From Microthyrium microscopicum (lineage: Eukaryota), in assembly GCA_010405405.1 (NCBI GenBank), contig MU004238.1, positions 817,530 through 881,529 of the forward strand: DNA of 64,000 bases, read 5' to 3'. Every line of letters starts with the position of its first letter. Positions within the stretch are counted from its first letter, which is position 1. Shown here piece after piece: positions 12,796 to 26,100 of this stretch. Position numbers and translations under genes: made by a program. The notes beneath the pieces are model-generated. The model saw nothing but the letters and a program-made list of their open reading frames with translations, was not told the DNA's origin and ran no database searches.

Positions 12796-13901
12796 TATTA
12801 TTAATTCTTACTTAACGTCTAATAGCGGGCGCGCTACGGGCCTATATAGATAAATGCTAATATTAGACCGTAAAAACCTACCTAATCTAGCTGATCTACC
12901 TAATTACCTACGGGTATTCTAACTATTAGCACACCAAAGAACTAAATTATATAGGAAAACTAACCCCTTGTGTTGCCGTTTGCCCCTTAGGCTAACGTTC
13001 TACCGTTATGCTAAGCTCTATTAGAAGCTTAATGTAGCTGTAAGTAATTATATAATATTACCTCTAAATTCTAAGTAATAGCCCTTAATTGGCCTAGCTA
13101 GGGCCCCTTCTATATAATAGTTTGTTAGCCGTTTAGGTAGTTGCTTCTATAAATAATAGTATGCTATATATTCTATACTAAGGCCGTAACAACGTAGCCT
13201 TAGTCTGATTCCATTCCTATTGCTTATTCTAATCTCGCCGTTCTTATTGCTATATTTCTAAGGAGGCGCCGTTAGTCTACCAAAGGTTCTCTAACTACGC
13301 TATGCTTCGCTTTAAGCTATGAATCCTAATCTAGTATTCTAAAGAATATTAGCTCTTTTTGGTGGAGCGGGTTGGGTCGGCCGATATAAACTCTATAATA
13401 GCTAGGCCGAAATGTTACGTAATAACTAGTATCTTTACCTTTCGGACTATTAATCCCTAGATTAATTTAGCTTAGTTAGATCTAATAACGGCTATCTAAT
13501 CTTATTACTAAGAGCCGTAGCTAATGATTCTTAGTATGCTAAATAGGCTCCCTTGGTATCTACAACGCGTTATATAGTACGCTTTTATGTTGTTATAAGC
13601 GCCCTTTAGGAGGTTGCTTAGGATGTCGTAGAAATATACGCTAGACTATTCTAGGGTTAGTATAGGCTTAGTAAGAAGAATCTTACTAGGCTAGTAGCTA
13701 TAATTACTACTTTAGCCGTCGTCGCTACTACTTCTAAAAATAATAGGTACGTGCCTACTACTTCTAGAAGCAGCTATTGCTAATTTTAGTCGTAATAGTT
13801 ACTAAAATTAGGAGGAGGAGTGTAGGAATTAAACCTACGCCTTCTTGATCCGTAGTAGAAGCTACGGTAAGTCGAGATATACTCTACTATACTAACTCCC
13901 C
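12796..13901 (-). mobile_element. About 1.1-kb tRNA-derived SINE inserted in LINE ORF1, partially RIP-mutated
   Basis: 13-bp TSD TATATAAATATAT at 12783-12795 and 13902-13914. The 5' end is a tRNA cloverleaf at 13815-13901 (acceptor GGGGAGT/ACTCCTC, T-arm GTAGG-TTTAATT-CCTAC). The 3' end is a short (TAA)n tail. No long ORF. Confidence 0.8.
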
Positions 13902-14374
13902 TATATAAATATATAAGTCTTTACTTATAGCGTCCTTATATATAACGTAAATATAGAAAGCCTTAAAAGAAATAAGTTAGAAATTATTAAGAAATAGACC
14001 TATTAAAACTAAGAAATATTCTATAAATATTTAATTAATAACTTCTTTTTGCTTAAAAAGCTAAATATAAATTAAAAAGATATATTAATAGTTCTTAACT
14101 TTAAAGCCCTATTTATTATTAATAACGTTTTATATATTAAGGTTCTTAATTAAAATAGAGGAATTAAAAAAGTCTAAAAATATACTAAGAACTATAAAAT
14201 TAAAAAATATTTTAAATATTATAAATATAAATATATAGAAACTTAATATTCTAAGAGTAATTATTATAGCTATTATACCTTATATACTTATCTAACCTTA
14301 GTTTATTAATTAGTAAATAATATACTAAAATACTACCTTTATAATAGACTATATAAAACGTAATTAATAATATA

Positions 14375-14693
14375 TATAAAAGATAGTTTAAAGTAAGGGA
14401 AATAGATTCTAAGAACTAGTATTAAGATAAGACTAATACTTAATCTTCTAAGAGATTAAGTCTACTTCTTTACTTATGCTCTTTTTTATCTCTTTTTTAG
14501 TAAGGCTATTTCTTCTTCTTATTCTTAGCTCTATTTTAGCTTCGTCTTATTATAGTAGAGAGTAGGCACTATCTATATTAACTTAGTAGTTTATTAGTAA
14601 AAAGCTTTTTTATAGCATACTATAAGAGTAGAGTAAGTAAGAAGGTAGTAAAATACTTACGTCTCTATAGTAAGTCTATAAGGATTTATAATA
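14375..14693 (-). repeat. 3' LTR of the Gypsy element
   Basis: Colinear copy of 22825-23143; the differences seen are C/T or G/A transitions. Confidence 0.92.
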
Positions 14694-17600
14694 AAGCCTT
14701 CTCTTTTAAAGGAAGTTGCCTCTAATAACTTAGCTATTATGCCTTTCTTTTTTAGTAGGTATAGTCTTAACCTATAGTATTTCTATCTCTAAAGTTATTA
14801 TAGTATTTACTATATAGGTAATAATAACTCTATTTATTATAATAGTATTATATATATATATAATACTAAAATATTTTAGAATTATAATACTCTATCTTCT
14901 TAATACTATAACTTTTTCTTTTTATAAGTAATCTATAAGTATATTACTTACTTAAAATCTTAAAAGTTTTTAAAACTATATCTTTCTAGAGTTCTTAATT
15001 TAACTTATACCTTTTCTATGCTCTATCTATATTCTTTTTACCTATCTTTAATATTTTTAACTTTTTAATATATATTTTAATAGCGTTTTAATTATTCTCT
15101 TATAATGTCTTCTTATTATTATTTTAGTAATTTATATAGTAGTAGTTTATCTTATTAGGACCTTATTAACGTTAATTTCTTTAATAATAATAACTTTATT
15201 AATAATAGTAATTTATAAGAGAGTAAGTAGTTAGTTAACCTTAACTTAGGTAATTATTCTTTAGGAATATATTACGCTTTTTAGGAGTTCTAATAATCTT
15301 AGTAACGTAGTAGCTAACCTTCTAAGCATATAACTTATTAGCGTTCTATTACTCTTTATACTTTATAGAGTTCTTAGCGCGCTCTTAAGGGGCTTAAGTT
15401 ATATAATTATAACTTAGTCTAACTTACTAACTAGGTAGCCCTCTTAAAGCCTTAGGGAGGCTTATTAACTCTTTACGTCTTATTACTCTTAGGTTATATT
15501 ATTACTAGTACTAATCTGCTATTTATTTCTTATTTAGCCTAACGTAGTATTAATAGCTTTTATTACCTACTCTAAGTACTTTTTAGTACTACTATAATTA
15601 ACTTAATTACTAACTCTACTCTATAGCTAACCTATACTTTATACGCCTCTTAGGCTAATAGAAAACGTTATTATAAGGATACTTTATTACTAGAGCCTTT
15701 ATAGCTATCTACTACTTATCTTATAATTAAGAAGTAGACTACTTACTAGAGTACTTTTGCGCTACTCTATACGTTATTCCTAGATAGTAAGAAGTCTAAG
15801 TTAGATAACTTATCTAGTAAGCTAGAAGATATAGACCTAAGTCCTATAGCCTAGACTACTTAGTAGTAGGCCTTTATAGTAAGTATATTATAAGTAACTT
15901 ACCTAATTCTTTTACTAACTTATACCTTTATAGAATATTACTTAGATTATATCTTACTCTTAAGCTATACTTACTCTACTTCTCTTCTTATATTACTTTT
16001 AATATTTATAGAATATTATTAATAATATAGTTTACTATTGTCTTAATAGTAGCTATATTCTATAAGATACTATATATAGTTATAAAGATAACTTTACTAA
16101 GTATTATTACTATACCTACTAGAAGTATTATTATAATATTATAAGTATCTTATTAGTAACTTAGATATAGCTTACGTGCTAACCTCTATTTAGGTACTTA
16201 TAGTCTTTAATAAGGTTATAAATAACCTAATCTACTTACGTATTTACCTTACGTCTTTTAACTTTATAAGTTCTATTATAGTTATTATATCTTTAGGTTT
16301 CTTTATTAAGTTTTATTAGTATAGTAATATATATTATATTTATAATAAAGAGTTAATATATTATTAATAAGCCTATAATACTTTTATTATAGCTTAGCGT
16401 TATATAGAGGGTTACTTAAGAGGCTATAGCTATCTTATAGCCTTAGATATAGTATTCTATATTTATATTATACTTAGTTATATTAAAGATATACTAGAGT
16501 AAGCTAATAATATTTAGTATCTTAGTATAGGTTCTTTTACGTTTTATTTATAAGTTATACTCCTACTAACTATTATTTCTAGAATTATCTTTTATCTATA
16601 TTCTATACTTAGTTATAGGTTTAAGTACTTATCTAGCCTATAAGAATCTACCTAGAAAGCTTTAAATTACTTAATCCTTACTAGAAGCTAGGTCTTATTA
16701 CTAATAACCCTCTATTATCTTTACTTATTAGTAGTTTACTTATATAGGGCAATTATCTTTATATTTGCTTCTTATCTTTTTTAGTCTAAAATAGGGAGAA
16801 TATTACTATATTTAAGGCTTATATGCTTCTTAAATTTATTCTAGACGTTAGTACCTTATGCTTTATAGTATATCTACCTATTATAGAGGAGATTAAGGAT
16901 AAAAAGGTAGGTAGTATATAGACTAAGTAGTTTAATAAAGAGACTATACTACTTTTCTATAGCTCTTCTCTAGCTACCTAAGCTTAGGCTTAATATACTA
17001 ATAAAATAGCTTACTCTTTCTACTAATTTTAGTAGCATTATGCTACTAGTAAAGTAACTACTTACTATAACCTAGATAATAGTATTAATTCTATTAGTAT
17101 TAATCTTAGCTATTTTTATCCTCCTCTTACGCCTATAACGTCTATAACTTATAATATTTCTTTGCTTACTTACTTATTTACTAATAGCGTACTAATTATT
17201 TTAGCTATATCTATTACGTACTTCTTTCTTAGTAGTCTTAAAGTAACTAATAGTATCTAATGCTTACTTTTAAAGTTATAGCGTTCTAATATATAGAGTT
17301 AAGGTCTAGTAATTAGGTTACGTTTTAGTTATATAAATACTATATTTATTTATTTCTTTAGGTATAAGTTACTAGTCTTAATATTTTTTAGGACTAGCTT
17401 TTTTATTAACTTACTATTTATAGTTATAGTATTTAGGAAAAATTCTTATTTTTTATTATATTTATTAGTAGTCTACTCCTTCTATCTCTATAGAAAAGAG
17501 TCCTTTTTTATAGTACTAGCCTATTAGTTTCTTATAAGACCTTTTAATTTTATTTAGGTTTTATTTACGTCTTACTAGTAATTTACTTAGCTATAATTTT

Positions 17601-20600
17601 TACTATTTCTATTTTTAGTTTTCTATTTTTTATCTTGCTAGTTAGTTACTTTTTTATAGTAAATAAAAAGCGTATAAAAATCTCTTCTCTCTTATAACGC
17701 CTTTTTTTATAGTTTTATTCTTCTTTTTTTCTTTTCTTTATAATAGTAAGCTTAAGTCTACTAGCTTCTTTAAAAACCTTAATTAAGTCTTATACGTTTT
17801 TATAGTCTTCTTCTTATTCCTAAGAGTTATAAATTAAGAGATAGCTTTATTAATAGATAAAGTATTTAACTTTTCCTTTCTATTTCCTTTTATTTAAGAT
17901 AGCTCTTACTTTCTATTCTTCTTTATTTTTTAGCTTAATAGCTATAGAGAGCTCTAGTTCTTTTTAACCTTCTCTTTAATAATATAGCTTAAGTTTAGAT
18001 ATATAGAAGACGTTATAGATTTAGTAGCCTATTAGGAAGTTTAGTTAATAAGCTTATTCTCTAACTATATTTTAGATACTAAATAGTCCTATATAGTAAA
18101 AGGCTAGCTTCTTACTTAGTAGTTTAAGTTTAATATTCTTTATTAATAGTAGAACTTTATCTCTTATATAGAATAATATTAAGGTATGCTTCTTATTATA
18201 GAACTTAGCTTAGTATTCTACTACTTTTTCTTAGCGTTTCGCTATCTTTTCTTAGTCTTATTTTATTCTTATTACTCTTTACTTTACTATTACTACTTTA
18301 CTTTCCTCTTCTTTAAGCCTATCCTTAGGGTTTATAAAGAGGTCTACTAAGAAGATTAGTTTATATCTTATTTTAGCTATATTTAGAGTATAGTTAAGTA
18401 TTTTATTATAAGACGTATTTATTACCTATTATATTATAAGTAAGAGGCTTAACTAGTTTGTTTAGTTTTTAGTAGTAAAGGCTTATAGATAATATCTTAG
18501 TACTAAGTTTTGCTACTTAGTTTAGCTATTAATTTATAAATACTAGGCTATAGATAGCCTATATTTTACCTTTCTTACTTAGTATAGTTTAGTCTAAAAT
18601 TTACTTATAAAAATAGATCCTCTATTTAATATAATACTTACTAGTAGGCCTTTTTTTAAGAAAACTCTTCTTTCTATAAGTTCTACTAGCTCTTTAGTAG
18701 TTATATCTTTTATAGTTTTAATATACTTTATTTATTTAGTATACTAATCTATAATTACTAATATAGCGTTAAATATTATAAGTCTATATTTATAAGGTAA
18801 TAAACTTATAATAAAGTCTATAGTAATTTCTTACTATAGTTAAATTAGTTAAGGTAGAGACTTTAACTTACTATAGGGTTAATACTATCTTATTTTTATT
18901 CTTTAGTAGATTAAGTAAGTCTTTACGTATATTTATACATCTTTTTTTATCTTTAGCTAGTAAAACTATTTATAGAATAGTTTTATAGTACTTTAGACTC
19001 TTAGGTATCTTATTAGTAAATTATTATAGTATATTACTAAGAGTTTATCTCTTAAGGTAAGCTTATAGAGTATATATAATTAGCCCTTATAATAGAGATA
19101 GTCTCTTTAGACTAACTAAGTATTCTTTAGCTATTAAGTCTCTTTAAACTTTAGCTATATATTAAGTACTTCTTAAATACGTTTAAGTTCTTTATTACTA
19201 TCTTAGGTAACTTAGACTAAGGTAATTAGCACGTTTAGAGCTTCTCTATTTATAATATATAGATTTTATATTATTTCTCTTATTATAGTTCTTAAAATAT
19301 AAATATAGTTTAGAGTAGTAATTACTTTCTAGAAGCTAAGGAAGTCTTTACTCTCTTTACTTATAGTATCTTAGTTACTTATTTACTTATAAGGTATCTT
19401 ACTTATTCTTAATACGTTTAGTACTAAGTAGTACTTAATATTAGATATCTTATTTATAAGGTTATACTTATTTATTATTAGCGTCTTGCTAATAAGTTAC
19501 TTTATTAGCTTAAGACTATTTATAAAGACTAGCTTTTTCTATTTCTTTTTTAAGAAGAGTCCTAGCTTTTTCTAAAGAGTAGGTAGTAAGTTATTTATAG
19601 CTTATTTTATAATAGTATAGTTAAGTTATTTTAATAGTATATCTATAGAATTTATCTTTTTACTTTAATACCTAATATAGAAGTTATACTTTACTAATAT
19701 AATTACTTAGCATACTTAGCGCTTATTTAAGTTCTTTTATTTTATAAACCCTACTAGGTTATTATAATTAGTTAAAATCTTAATAGGGTAGTAACTACCT
19801 TTAAGGTAATATTACTAATATTTTATAGCTTTAATAATAGTAAGGAGCTTCTAGTTATAGGTTTAATAGTTAATCTTAGCTTTTATTAATTTCCTTAACT
19901 AGAAAGTAATAAGGTACTATTAGCTATCTTTTTATAGCTAAGAAAGGATACTTATAATAGTATATTAGGACGTATTAATCTTAAAGTAGATCCTTTTCTT
20001 TAGGTTAAAATATATAAGGATAGAGGCTTTACTAAAAGCTATATAAAGCGTATAAAATACTTACGTTGCTTCCTTTATCTAAATAAAAGGTTTATATTTC
20101 CTTCTAAGTTATATACTCTTAAGTAAGTTAGTTAAGGATTTTGCTACCTTTAAGTAGCCTTTAATAAACCTATAGTAGAAATTTATAAAGCTAATAAATA
20201 CTTATATATTATTATAGCTCCTAGGTTCTAGCTACTTTATAATAGACTTAACTTAACTAAGATCTATTTTTACTCCTTTTATAGAGACTATAAAACTAAG
20301 GAATTTTACCTTATTAGTAAAGAATTAGTACTTCTTAGGATTAGTATAAAGCTTAGTAGCTAGTAAGTATTTTAATATAGTATATACATTATAAACATAA
20401 TCCTTATACGTTTTAAAGAAGATAAAGATATTATTAAGGTAAATAATATAGATAATATCTAAGAGTTTTACTAATACTTTATAAATATAAGCTTAGAACG
20501 TAGCTAGGGCGTTAGTAAGTCTAAAAGGTATAACTTAGTATTTATAGTATTTATACTAGGTATAGAATACTATCTTCTATTAATTTTATTCTCTAATAGG

Positions 20601-22824
20601 TATTTAGGTATAAGTATCCTTAAGGTTTATCTTAGTATAATATACTACTCTACTAAGTTAATCTAATATCTTACTTATTAAAGAAAGTAAGTAATAATTC
20701 TTAATAGTAATTATATTAAGTAAGTAATAGTCTACGTAAAGTTATAATTCTTTATTCTTTTTAGATATAAAGAGTATAGATACTTTAGCTAGGCTAGTTA
20801 ATTCCTAAATTTAGCCTTTTATAAGGGCTAACTTAAAGTATTCCTATAGTACTTTAAGTTTTATTACTAATAAGTTATAAATAAATCTAAAAGAAGGGTT
20901 TATAGTTATCTTAATAGTATGTTTAATACCTTTAGAGATAAGTTTATTCTTATTCTTAATCTTAACTTAAGAGGCTAAGTTCTATAGCTCTTATAGTAGT
21001 TTATTTTCTAAATTAATATCTACCTATAAGCTTAGCTTAAAGCTAATACTAGAGATTTCTACCTTCTTACTATTTAAGTATAAATACTTATTAAATTTTA
21101 TAGTTAGTTTAAATACCTTACTATATTCTTATAGCCCTTTCTTAAATATACTCTAGTCTATAATCTTATATTTTAGCTTCTCTTTTCTAAATAGCTACTT
21201 CTTCTACCTTAAGTAGATAGAGATATTATATTTCTCTTATAGAAGAGTTCTCTATATTATAAGGTAGGTATATTTAGTCTAATTAAAAGAAAAGAAATAG
21301 TATTTAATATCTTTATAGATACTAGAGGAGTTTTTATAATAGAAACGTAGCTAATACGTACTATAATATTTACTTCTTATTATATTATTAGTAAAACTTA
21401 TAGCTTAGATACTTTCTATAGTTACTTTCTTAAGGCTATAGCATTATATAAGTTATTTATTAATAATATTAATTTAACTACTAGTATCTAAGAGGACATT
21501 TATAGATTAGTCTTCTATAGTAAGAGAAAGATTAGCTATTATTTAAATCTATACCTCTATAGTCTAATTTAGTATTATAAAGATAGAGTTCTTAACCTTT
21601 ATAATACTTACTCTTTTCTTAGGTTAGTTTTAGATCCTAATAAGAAGAGAATAGTATTTAGGTTTCTTCTCTAGCCTTTATATCCTAAGAATTCTTCTTA
21701 CTCTTAAGTAGCCTAAGAGCCTCTTAGAAGCTTATTATACTTATTTATATAATACCTAAATAGATTATAATTATAATAGGTAATTCCCTTATATATCTTA
21801 CTATCTTTTCTAGGCTTTATACTTATTAGTAGGTAAGTTAATAGTATATACCTTATATAACTTTTATACTCTTATTATTTACCTTAGCTACCTTATAGAT
21901 TATAATTTAATTAGGAAGGTTAAGGATTAATATTACTTAATAAGTCTTCTTATAAGTACTTATAGGTAATCTACTAAAAGCATTTAGTAGTATTAACTAT
22001 ATTAAGTTTAGTAGTTAGGATATACTTTATTAATTTAATTTATTTCTATAGTTCTAAGGTTAGCTTAATAAGGAATTTTAAGTATTATTTATCTTCTTTA
22101 TAAGTTATATTAATACTAAGTTAGGTCTCTAGTAAGTTTAAGTAAGCATTAAACTCTATAGAAGTCTAAGTAGAGTACTACTTAGCTTCTTTAAGTTTCT
22201 TAATAACTAAAAGTTTAGCTATAGTAGAGTAAGCATATTAATATTAGAGCTATTTTATAAACTTCTTCTAAGTCTAAGTTAGTAGCTTAATCTTCTTCTT
22301 CTTTAAGTTCTATTAAGTTTATAAGTTAGGACTTATAAACTAGCTAGCCTATCTAATATAGCTCTCTTACGTAGTAAATTAAGAAAATACTAAATAGAAA
22401 GCGTTTTTTATACTTACAATCTAGTTAATAAGTTCTTATTAAGTCTTACGTTAAAAGACTATAAAGTTAATAGGTTTTAGTTCTCTTAGTTAAGAAGAAG
22501 GAGAAGGATTCTATTATAAGACTTATAATAAGGCTATAATCTTATTATAGAGCTATTACGTCTTAGCTACGTATACTTATTCTTATTTATTAATTTAAGC
22601 TATTACTATATAAAGAGTAGCTAAAGTAGCTTCTAAGTCTATTAGTAGTAGTAGGCTATTATATTAACTTAAGTTATTATTTAAGTTATTATCTAAGTTG
22701 TTATCTAAGTCTTTATCTTTATCTTTACCTTTATTTTAGCCTTTATTAGAGTTCCTTATACTCCTTATTATTATAAAGATTTATTAGGCTTACTACTATA
22801 TAGTACGTTAAGAAGTATTAGAAT

Positions 22825-23143
22825 TATAAAAAATAGTTTAAAGTAAAGGAAATAAATTCTAAGAACTAGTATTAAGATAAAACTAATACTTAATCTTCTA
22901 AGAGATTAAGTCTACCTCTTTACTTATACTCTTCTCTATCTCTTCTTTAGTAAGGCTACCTCTCCTTCTTATCCTTAGCTCTATTTTAGCTTTATCTCGT
23001 TATAGTAGAGGGTAGGTACTATCTACGTTAACTTAGTAGTTTACTAGTAAAGAGCTTTCCTATAGCGTACTATAAGAGTAGAGTAAGTAAGAAGGTAGCA
23101 AGATATCTACGCCTCTATAGTAAGTCTATAGAGGTTCGTAACA
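22825..23143 (-). repeat. 5' LTR of the Gypsy element
   Basis: Colinear copy of 14375-14693; retains the terminal ...AACA on the plus strand. Confidence 0.92.
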
Positions 23144-26100
23144 ATATATAAAAACTATAAAAAAGAAGAGAAAAAAATAGTAAAAGTAAAAGCTAAACTA
23201 GCTAAAAACGTATATTAGCTAAAGCCTATTAAGATAAGCCTATTACTATTTAAATTACTTATAAGAACTAATAAAGAAATATTACTTAAGGAAATATTAA
23301 AAGAACTACTTAGAACTATACTAATAAAAAAATTACTACTAATACTTATAGAAATATAACTATAATAGATATTATTACTACTAATAATAATATTTAAAAT
23401 AAATATAAATATAAAGTTAAAGGTTGTCCTATTAAAGCTAAAAGCTTTACTATTAATTAAGGTAAAACCTATAATTATAAAAGCTATTATATTAAAAGGT
23501 TTAGTCTTTATAAATATAAATATAATAACCCTTAAGATTAAACTAATAGGCATAAGGCTAACTATACTATATAGACTATTCCTTATTCTATTATTAGTAG
23601 AATTTATCTTAAATAGATAAAAAAGCTCTTTTAAAAAATAAAAGGACCTTAATAGCTTATTATTAATATCTTTCTTTATAAAAAAAAAGTAAGGAAGAGG
23701 CTTAGGATTAATAGGCTTAAAGTTATAAAAACTAAAGGAGGATAAGCTAATTAACTTTAATACTAATAAAAAAGAATAGAACAAAAATAAGGTAATAAGT
23801 ATTTTAATAGAAGTTAATAAATTATTTAACTATAAGAGTACTATAGTGTTAACTAAAGCTTTATCTTTAATAGTACTATTAAATAAAAAGCTAATAGTTT
23901 TAATAAGTATAAAGACCTAAAGTACTATTTTAAAATTAAATAATAATAAGTAATAATAATACTTTAGACGATACTATTATTAATATAAAAGATAAACTCT
24001 ATATTTTATAAATTAATATAAGAAAGAATATTAAGATTATAAAAAAAGTACTTATAAATAAAAGAATATAGAGTTATAATATTATAGTAATATAAGAACT
24101 ATAGCGAAGTATATAAAGAGATATACTAATAACTACTAATCTAATAGCTAATTAATTTTATTTATTCTACTTATTATTTTTAATAACTTAAGTTTATTTT
24201 TTTATAAATAACTCTATTCTTTTTTTATATATTTAAATTATATACCTTAGCTTAGATCTTACTATAGTTAAGATATAGCTATTTAACTACTTAATAATAA
24301 TTTATAATATATATAATCTTTATAAAGATAGTACTAAGCCTTTTACTAATGTTAATAACTTATAATATAGTATCTTTCCTTATCTTACGTTTATACTTTA
24401 ATATAACTAGTAATAATCTAATAGCGTAATAGTTATAAAAGATTTAAATATATACTACTATTAATAGGGTAGATATAAAATAAAAACCTATTATCTAAAA
24501 TATATTAAAATCTTTTAAGAAATACTTTAAAAGAATAGTCTTCTACTTAACTTTAAAGTAGATATTATTATAAGATTTATAAATATAAGGAATAATATAA
24601 TTAAAGGATCTATTATTAACCTTAGTTATGTAAGTTATAACTTATAGTAATATTTAATCTAAAGTAATATAGTAAACGTTTTAAATAAAGATTCTAATTA
24701 TCTTCTAATTAAAATAATTTTTAGTAACTTACTATAAGAGTAAAGCTTATAACGCAAAATCTTCTTATAAAATAAAATTAACCTTAATAAATTTTATAAA
24801 TAACTAAGTTAAAGACTTTTAAAAGAAGAAAATATAAGACTTAAAATAACTAAGTAAATTAATAAGACTTTAAAAACTATTATTAAAGTAATTAATAACG
24901 CTATTAAAACTACTATACTAATTAGTATTATTAAACCTAGATTACGCCTAAGATAGACTTTAAAATATATTATAAAACTTAAAGTATAAAAACGTATAAA
25001 ATATAAATATTAAAGAATAAGCCTTAATAAAAACTTTATCTAATTCTAACTTATAAGATAGAAAGTAAGTAAAACTATATATAAAGTATCTTAAGACTAT
25101 TATTAAGTTAAAATAAGTAATATAAAGAATACAGATAGTTTATAAAAACTTATAAAATAATTAAAGAATAAGAATACTATAAAAATAAACTTTACCTTAG
25201 ATATTAAGAACGCTAAAGATTAATTATAATATATAATAGAAGATAAAGCTAAAGTATATAATAATATATTCTTTTTAAAGCTACTAAAAGTAAATCTATT
25301 AAATATTTAAGGCTACTAGTATAGATAATCTTTAATAATATTAATAATTACTTAATATAAAGTAACAAAAGCTATTAAGAAAATAAGCCTTAATAAGGCT
25401 ATAGGCTTAAACAATATTAAACATAAAGCTATTAATATAGCCTTTAATAAGCTCTTTTAGATTCTTATACCTTTCTTTAACGCCTATTTAAACTTAAGAT
25501 ATTATCTAATATATTTTAAGAGTTTAAATACTATTATACTTTATAAGCTAGGTAAGCTAGATTATACTATAACTAAAACCTATTAATTTATAACATTACT
25601 TAATACTTTAAGTAAAGTTATAAATAAAGTCTTAACTAAAAGACTTATATACTTAATTAAGAAATACTAACTACTATCTTAGATATATTATAAAAGAAGA
25701 TAAGCCTTATTTTATAATTACGCCTTCTACCTTATCTTTAAAAAGATTCTAGCTAATTACTAATAGAGAATAACTATTAGTATAGTACTATTTAATAAAT
25801 TAAGCGCCTTTAATTTTATAAATTACTTATAACTATTTTATAAATTATAAGCTATTAATATACTAATAGTAGTAATTAACTACCTTAAAAGTACTCTTTA
25901 AGAATAATATACTATAATTATACTTTTAAAAGATAATACTACTAATATTCTATAATTATTAAGTATTCCTTAAAGCTTATTTATCTTATTACTCCTATAT
26001 ATTATTTATAACTCTCTACTAGTCTAAATTAGTTAATATCTTAATAACTACCTTATTATTATATTTATTAATAATATTAGCTATATAGCTAAAGATAAAA

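Larger units (their letters stand above)
14375..23143 (-). mobile_element. Ty3/Gypsy chromovirus LTR retrotransposon, RIP-inactivated, nested in the LINE
   Basis: 319-bp LTRs and 5-bp TSD ATATA (14370-14374 / 23144-23148). Purine tract on the minus strand next to the left LTR. De-RIPed minus-strand motifs: MPFGLTNAPATFQ (~20500-20535), YLDDI (~20430), integrase HPQTDGQTERQN (~18510-18545) and chromodomain VEYFIHWQGY...SWE (~17770-17880). Confidence 0.92.

Noticed and set aside
13815..13901. Functional tRNA gene
   Set aside because: The A and B boxes carry RIP changes (TTTAATT for TTCGATT), there is no strong terminator right after it, and it is the head of a TSD-flanked insertion.
23215..23784. 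189-aa Ile/Phe/Ser-rich ORF resembling a membrane or mitochondrial protein
   Set aside because: It is antisense to the RIP-degraded LINE ORF1 region, and its composition is a by-product of AT enrichment.
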